This document shows, one piece after another, positions 59,327-64,000 of a DNA stretch of 64,000 bases (its first letter is position 1; each line of letters opens with the position of its first letter). The stretch is from positions 11,222,001-11,286,000 of the forward strand of contig OX597826.1 in NCBI GenBank assembly GCA_951406725.2, written 5' to 3'. The position numbers were made by a program, and so were the translations under genes. The stretch is from Octopus vulgaris. Lineage: Eukaryota. The notes below the pieces were generated by a model, which did no database searches, was not told the DNA's origin, and worked only from the letters and a program-made list of their open reading frames with translations.

Positions 59327-59391
<65 letters not shown>

Positions 59392-59404
59392 TATAATAAT
59401 AATG

Positions 59405-59435
<31 letters not shown>

Positions 59436-59963
59436 GAAGAATTCTTTCTAATATAGGTGCAGAAATTTTAGGGGACGAAAACAAACGTTTTTTTTTTATC
59501 TAAAGTTTGCAACATAAAATCGATTTGGACTCGATTTAAACTCTGAGCACTGACATATAAGATTGTATAATTAAATACCCTAAAATAATTCAGTTACCGT
59601 TGTTTGATAGAAATCAAAATTAATGATAATTCATAAACGTGATTTAATGAATATATAGTCAATTTAACTTTTCTTTTCGAATAAAATAGAAATTCTAATT
59701 AAAATTTGAATTAATTGCTGATTTATAAAGAATTACAATATCTTATTTTCTTCGACTATAGGAAACAAGAGCAGGTGAAACAAATTTGTGGAAGACTTTA
59801 TCATTTCCTGTGTCTCACGGTTTCACTTCTCTTATATCACTGGTGTCGTTTAGGCATTGATTAAACTTGATTAAGCAAATCTTTGAGAAAATGGTGTCCT
59901 GTGGATTTGTATATTTCCTATATTTAAGATCACAATGTCTGTTGCATGTGTTCGTATTTATGT

Positions 59964-60012
<49 letters not shown>

Positions 60013-61182
60013 GTGTGTGTGTTTAGCCGAGACAGTATGATCTGAAGGCGTTTATGTGCTATTTCTAGCAGATACAGTCGCTAAGAGGGTCCTTTATTGG
60101 TCACATTTGAACCAACTCATATTTTATATGTCCAGACTAGACTTTTCTTCATTTCATTACACACACACATACACACACACACACTCACACACACACACAC
60201 ACATTCATGTGTGTGAAACTTAGAAACACATACATATGGCCAACCAAATGTGGTGGCTTCTAGCAAGCCGCGTGTTCTGCTAGAAACAGCATCTAAATCT
60301 TTCTCCAAACATGCCCTACCCTGGGGCAACAAAAGTTAAAACAAAGAATGCAGTGGACAATGAAGCTCTAGATCACATTTAAAGTGAATGAAAAAAAGTG
60401 ATGGCCACAGGTGAAACGTCATTGATCAGAAGTCTCATTGGCTCAGGGTTGAACTGGAGTTAAACCACATGTAATATAGAGATGTAATTCTCAAACGGTG
60501 AAGCACAATGATTAATTATCAAGGTGCGGCGTCGCAGATTTCCAAAGATACATTCTAAAGATTTAGAAAACCCATACTACTTCATGGGCATCTTGATAAG
60601 GATGGTATTCATAATTTTATCCTAACAAACAATAAATCATTTTAACGGTGGAGCTCCAAATACATAACGCTATAGATAATATCATGTACAACAGTGGGTT
60701 TTAAAGAGAAAAGAATCGAAAGAATATCGAAGGCTTTAACTTTTTTCTACCAAAGGCGTTTTTTTAAACCCAAAATTCTTCTTGCTGTTATATATAGCTT
60801 TATCGTCGAGTTTCACCGTTATCTCATATTTCTGAAAGCTTGTAAATAATTAAAAAAATCTTATAGTGTAAACAAAGTAATGCTTTTTTTTTATATTTCC
60901 TCCAAAATTTCTTATTTTAAGTCACTTTTACTAAACTTATCATTTGAAGTGAGCTTATATATATATATATATATATATATATAATGTGTGTGTGTGTGTG
61001 TGTGAGTCGTCTAGGAATCCGTAAGTCAGGAAAAAATGCACTCGTATATCTGTCAATACAGTGGGTATATTATCCGTAATGGATATATAATACTGTACAC
61101 TTCGGATAATATATATATATATATATACTCATACACCCTCACTAGCTCACTGCACACACACAAACACACGCACACACACCCA

Positions 61183-61230
<48 letters not shown>

Positions 61231-61735
61231 CGCACACAGAGACATATGTATGCATGTTCCATCTTCGCCGCTCCAGTGTTCCCGTATTTTGTTCAACTGT
61301 ATCTGAAATGCACTGCAAAGTCAAAAGCGATTGACTAGCACCAGTCCGAATACTTATTAAAGCAAATGCGTCTCTATTGCTAAAATCAAATATTCCATCA
61401 ACTGAAACCCCTGCTCATTGATTTAACATGTAATTGGCTGAGTATTCCGCAACATCATTTTACCTCCAACATAATTCTTAGTCGGCATCAACGCGACACA
61501 TTGTGAGACAGTGTGCGATGAGATTAGACTCGTTTACTTGTTTTAGATATTCGACGGCGGCGATGCTGGAGCACCGCCGTTAGTGGAAGAAATCGACCCC
61601 AGGACTTATTCTTTGTAAGCCTAATACTTATTCTATCGGTCTCTTCGCCCGAACTGTTAAGTTACGGGGATGTAAACACACCAACATTGGTTTTCAAGCG
61701 ATGGTCGAAACACAGACACAAATACATACATACAT

Positions 61736-61774
<39 letters not shown>

Positions 61775-61895
61775 CATGCATAGTATTTAATGTAGTTTAT
61801 AAAGAAATATATAAGCTAATAACAGATAAGCTAATAAAAATTAGTAAAAGTTATTTTATGAACCATGTTACAGGTGGCTGGCGCCATACCAAATT

Positions 61896-61945
<50 letters not shown>

Positions 61946-62076
61946 TTATATATATAGTGAGAGAGAGTGTATGTGTGTGTATGTGTGAGAGAGAGAGAGA
62001 GAAATATATATATATATGTGTGTATGTATATATGTATGTATTATGTATATATATATATATACATATTTATATATAA

Positions 62077-62188
<112 letters not shown>

Positions 62189-62839
62189 GTACATATATAT
62201 ATATATATATATATATACATACATACATATATGCATACATATTTACTCACATAAGCTTACACAGCCAGATAGTCATCACTTTAACACGAACGCATCTTTA
62301 TATCTATAACACAAGCACAAATCTCCCCCTCTCTCTCTCTCTCTCTCTCTTTCTATCTATATATTCACACACACACACATGCAATACAAGCATACGTGTG
62401 TGTGTGTGTTTGTGTGTGCGTGCATGCGTTCGCCTGTACATCGTAATAGAGAATGTTTTGCGAGCGTGACAAGGAGCGAAGAAGAGTGCCATCCATCCAT
62501 CCATCCATTATGTCGATCCCATCATCAACATTACATCCCGCCCTTACCACAGCCATTGTTAGCCACACCTACTACTGTTACTGCTAATAACATCACCGCC
62601 GAATCCCTGCCCCGGTCATCAAATCCACAATTGCAACACAGCGCGAGCAACGATATCATTGGTGCTTGACAAGTGACTATTAAATAAGTTACTTCACTTC
62701 TCCTACCTCCTTGTCTTTCGTTCTCCCTCCTTCCCTCTCTCACTCTCTCTTTGTCTCTTTCTCCTTATTTCTTTCAACGTCCATATCACCTATTCTCCCG
62801 ATTTTAACTTCTGCCTCGTGTGTGCGTGTGTGTGTGTAC

Positions 62840-62980
62840 GTGTGCGTGTTTTTATTCCCTCTCGATTTATTTCCTCGTATTCCTTTCTTTCGAAGAGCGT
62901 AGGCTCGAAACGTAAAAGACTTTTCCTTTTTTCCCGAGCGTCAAACTAATACACTATACACTTGCCTGTCTTCGTCTTTT

Positions 62981-62982
<2 letters not shown>
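62840..62982 (+). mobile_element. Short hammerhead-bearing element (GAGC/GCUC family) with a degenerate core
   Basis: CUUU-CUUUCGA-A-GAGC-guag-GCUC-GAAAC-GUA-AAAG (62883-62918), then cccgagcgtcaaactaatac...cctgtcttcgtcttttgt. It is flanked by TG/CA repeats. Confidence 0.6.
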
Positions 62983-63023
<41 letters not shown>

Positions 63024-63264
63024 TATTGACATTCTTTTTCTATTTATTTCAGTCATTTGACAGCGGTCATGCCGGAGCATCGCCTTCAGTCGAACAAATC
63101 GACCCAATATTTGCTGTTATACATATATATGTAATTATAGACACACACACATAGGTATTTGCAATGATATATATATATAAAATTATATATATATGTTTGC
63201 AATTATTGATATATAAGTTTATAATCATATCCATCCATCCATCCATCCATCCATCCATCCATCC

Positions 63265-63344
<80 letters not shown>

Positions 63345-63433
63345 GTACACATACAGACATACGCATATTTGTATGTATATAATTATATATGTGTATGTAT
63401 AGATTTAAACCTATAGAATTATATATTATATCA

Positions 63434-63495
<62 letters not shown>

Positions 63496-63496
<1 letters not shown>

Positions 63497-63697
63497 AAGG
63501 CGGCGAGCTGGCAGAATCGTTAGCGCACTGAACGAAATACTTCGCCCGTCGCTACGTTCTGAGTTCAAATACCGCCGCGGTCCACTTTACTGTTCATCCT
63601 TTCGGGGTCGATAAAATAAGTGCCATTTGAACACTGGGGTCGATGTAATCGATTTGTCACCTACCCCAAAATTGCTGCCTTGTGGCAAAATATAAAC

Positions 63698-63700
<3 letters not shown>
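63496..63700 (+). mobile_element. Meta-domain-type SINE between (TAT)n tracts
   Basis: aaggcggcgagctggcagaatcgttagc...ttcatcctttcggggtcgataaaataag...ctggggtcgatgtaatcga. Confidence 0.78.
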
Positions 63701-63733
<33 letters not shown>

Positions 63734-63842
63734 AATTTCATATGTATATAATTTTACATACATGCATTTATATACATTTATATACATGCAAACAAACACT
63801 CCATCCATCCCCGCCTGCACACACATACACTCACAGATACAC

Positions 63843-63885
<43 letters not shown>

Positions 63886-64000
63886 CACACACATCCCATT
63901 TTCAGGCATCATCAGCTCACAAGGGGAGACGAGAAACGTTTAATGAGCAATTAATTAAATGAACTTTAGTACTTTACAGTTAGATATTTTACTGGTCCCT

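Noticed and set aside
62379-62669. Plus-strand Pro/Thr-rich ORF (HYIPPLPQPLLATPTTVTANN...)
   Set aside because: It starts in microsatellite sequence, has no recognisable domain or convincing splice sites, and is on the wrong strand for Dbx.

Overview
AT-rich, microsatellite-saturated animal genomic DNA. The repeat landscape (tRNA-derived SINEs resembling the octopus OK/OR and Meta-domain families, and dense TA/CA/TAA/TATC tracts) strongly suggests an octopus or other coleoid cephalopod; this is an inference. The only host gene I can support is a minus-strand Dbx (developing brain homeobox) gene with four in-phase GT-AG exons: 32845-32886, 29005-29211, 27327-27526 and 19820-20140. I could not locate its N-terminal/start exon in the window. 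The rest is mobile-element debris: several SINE families, R4/Dong-like and Tx1/L1-like LINE 3' ends sitting in specific microsatellites, a non-autonomous Helitron and fold-back (inverted-repeat) elements. The most interesting signal is a set of short microsatellite-embedded elements carrying minimal type-I hammerhead-ribozyme-like folds of the kind known from Penelope-like elements. There are six near-complete motifs, several with non-canonical cores (CCGAUGA, CCGACGA, CUGUGGA, CUGAAGA). Two inversions break inside the predicted ribozyme helix II. A tight cluster of long hairpins lies just downstream of the Dbx stop codon. Nearly all listed ORFs are microsatellite translations and are not genes.
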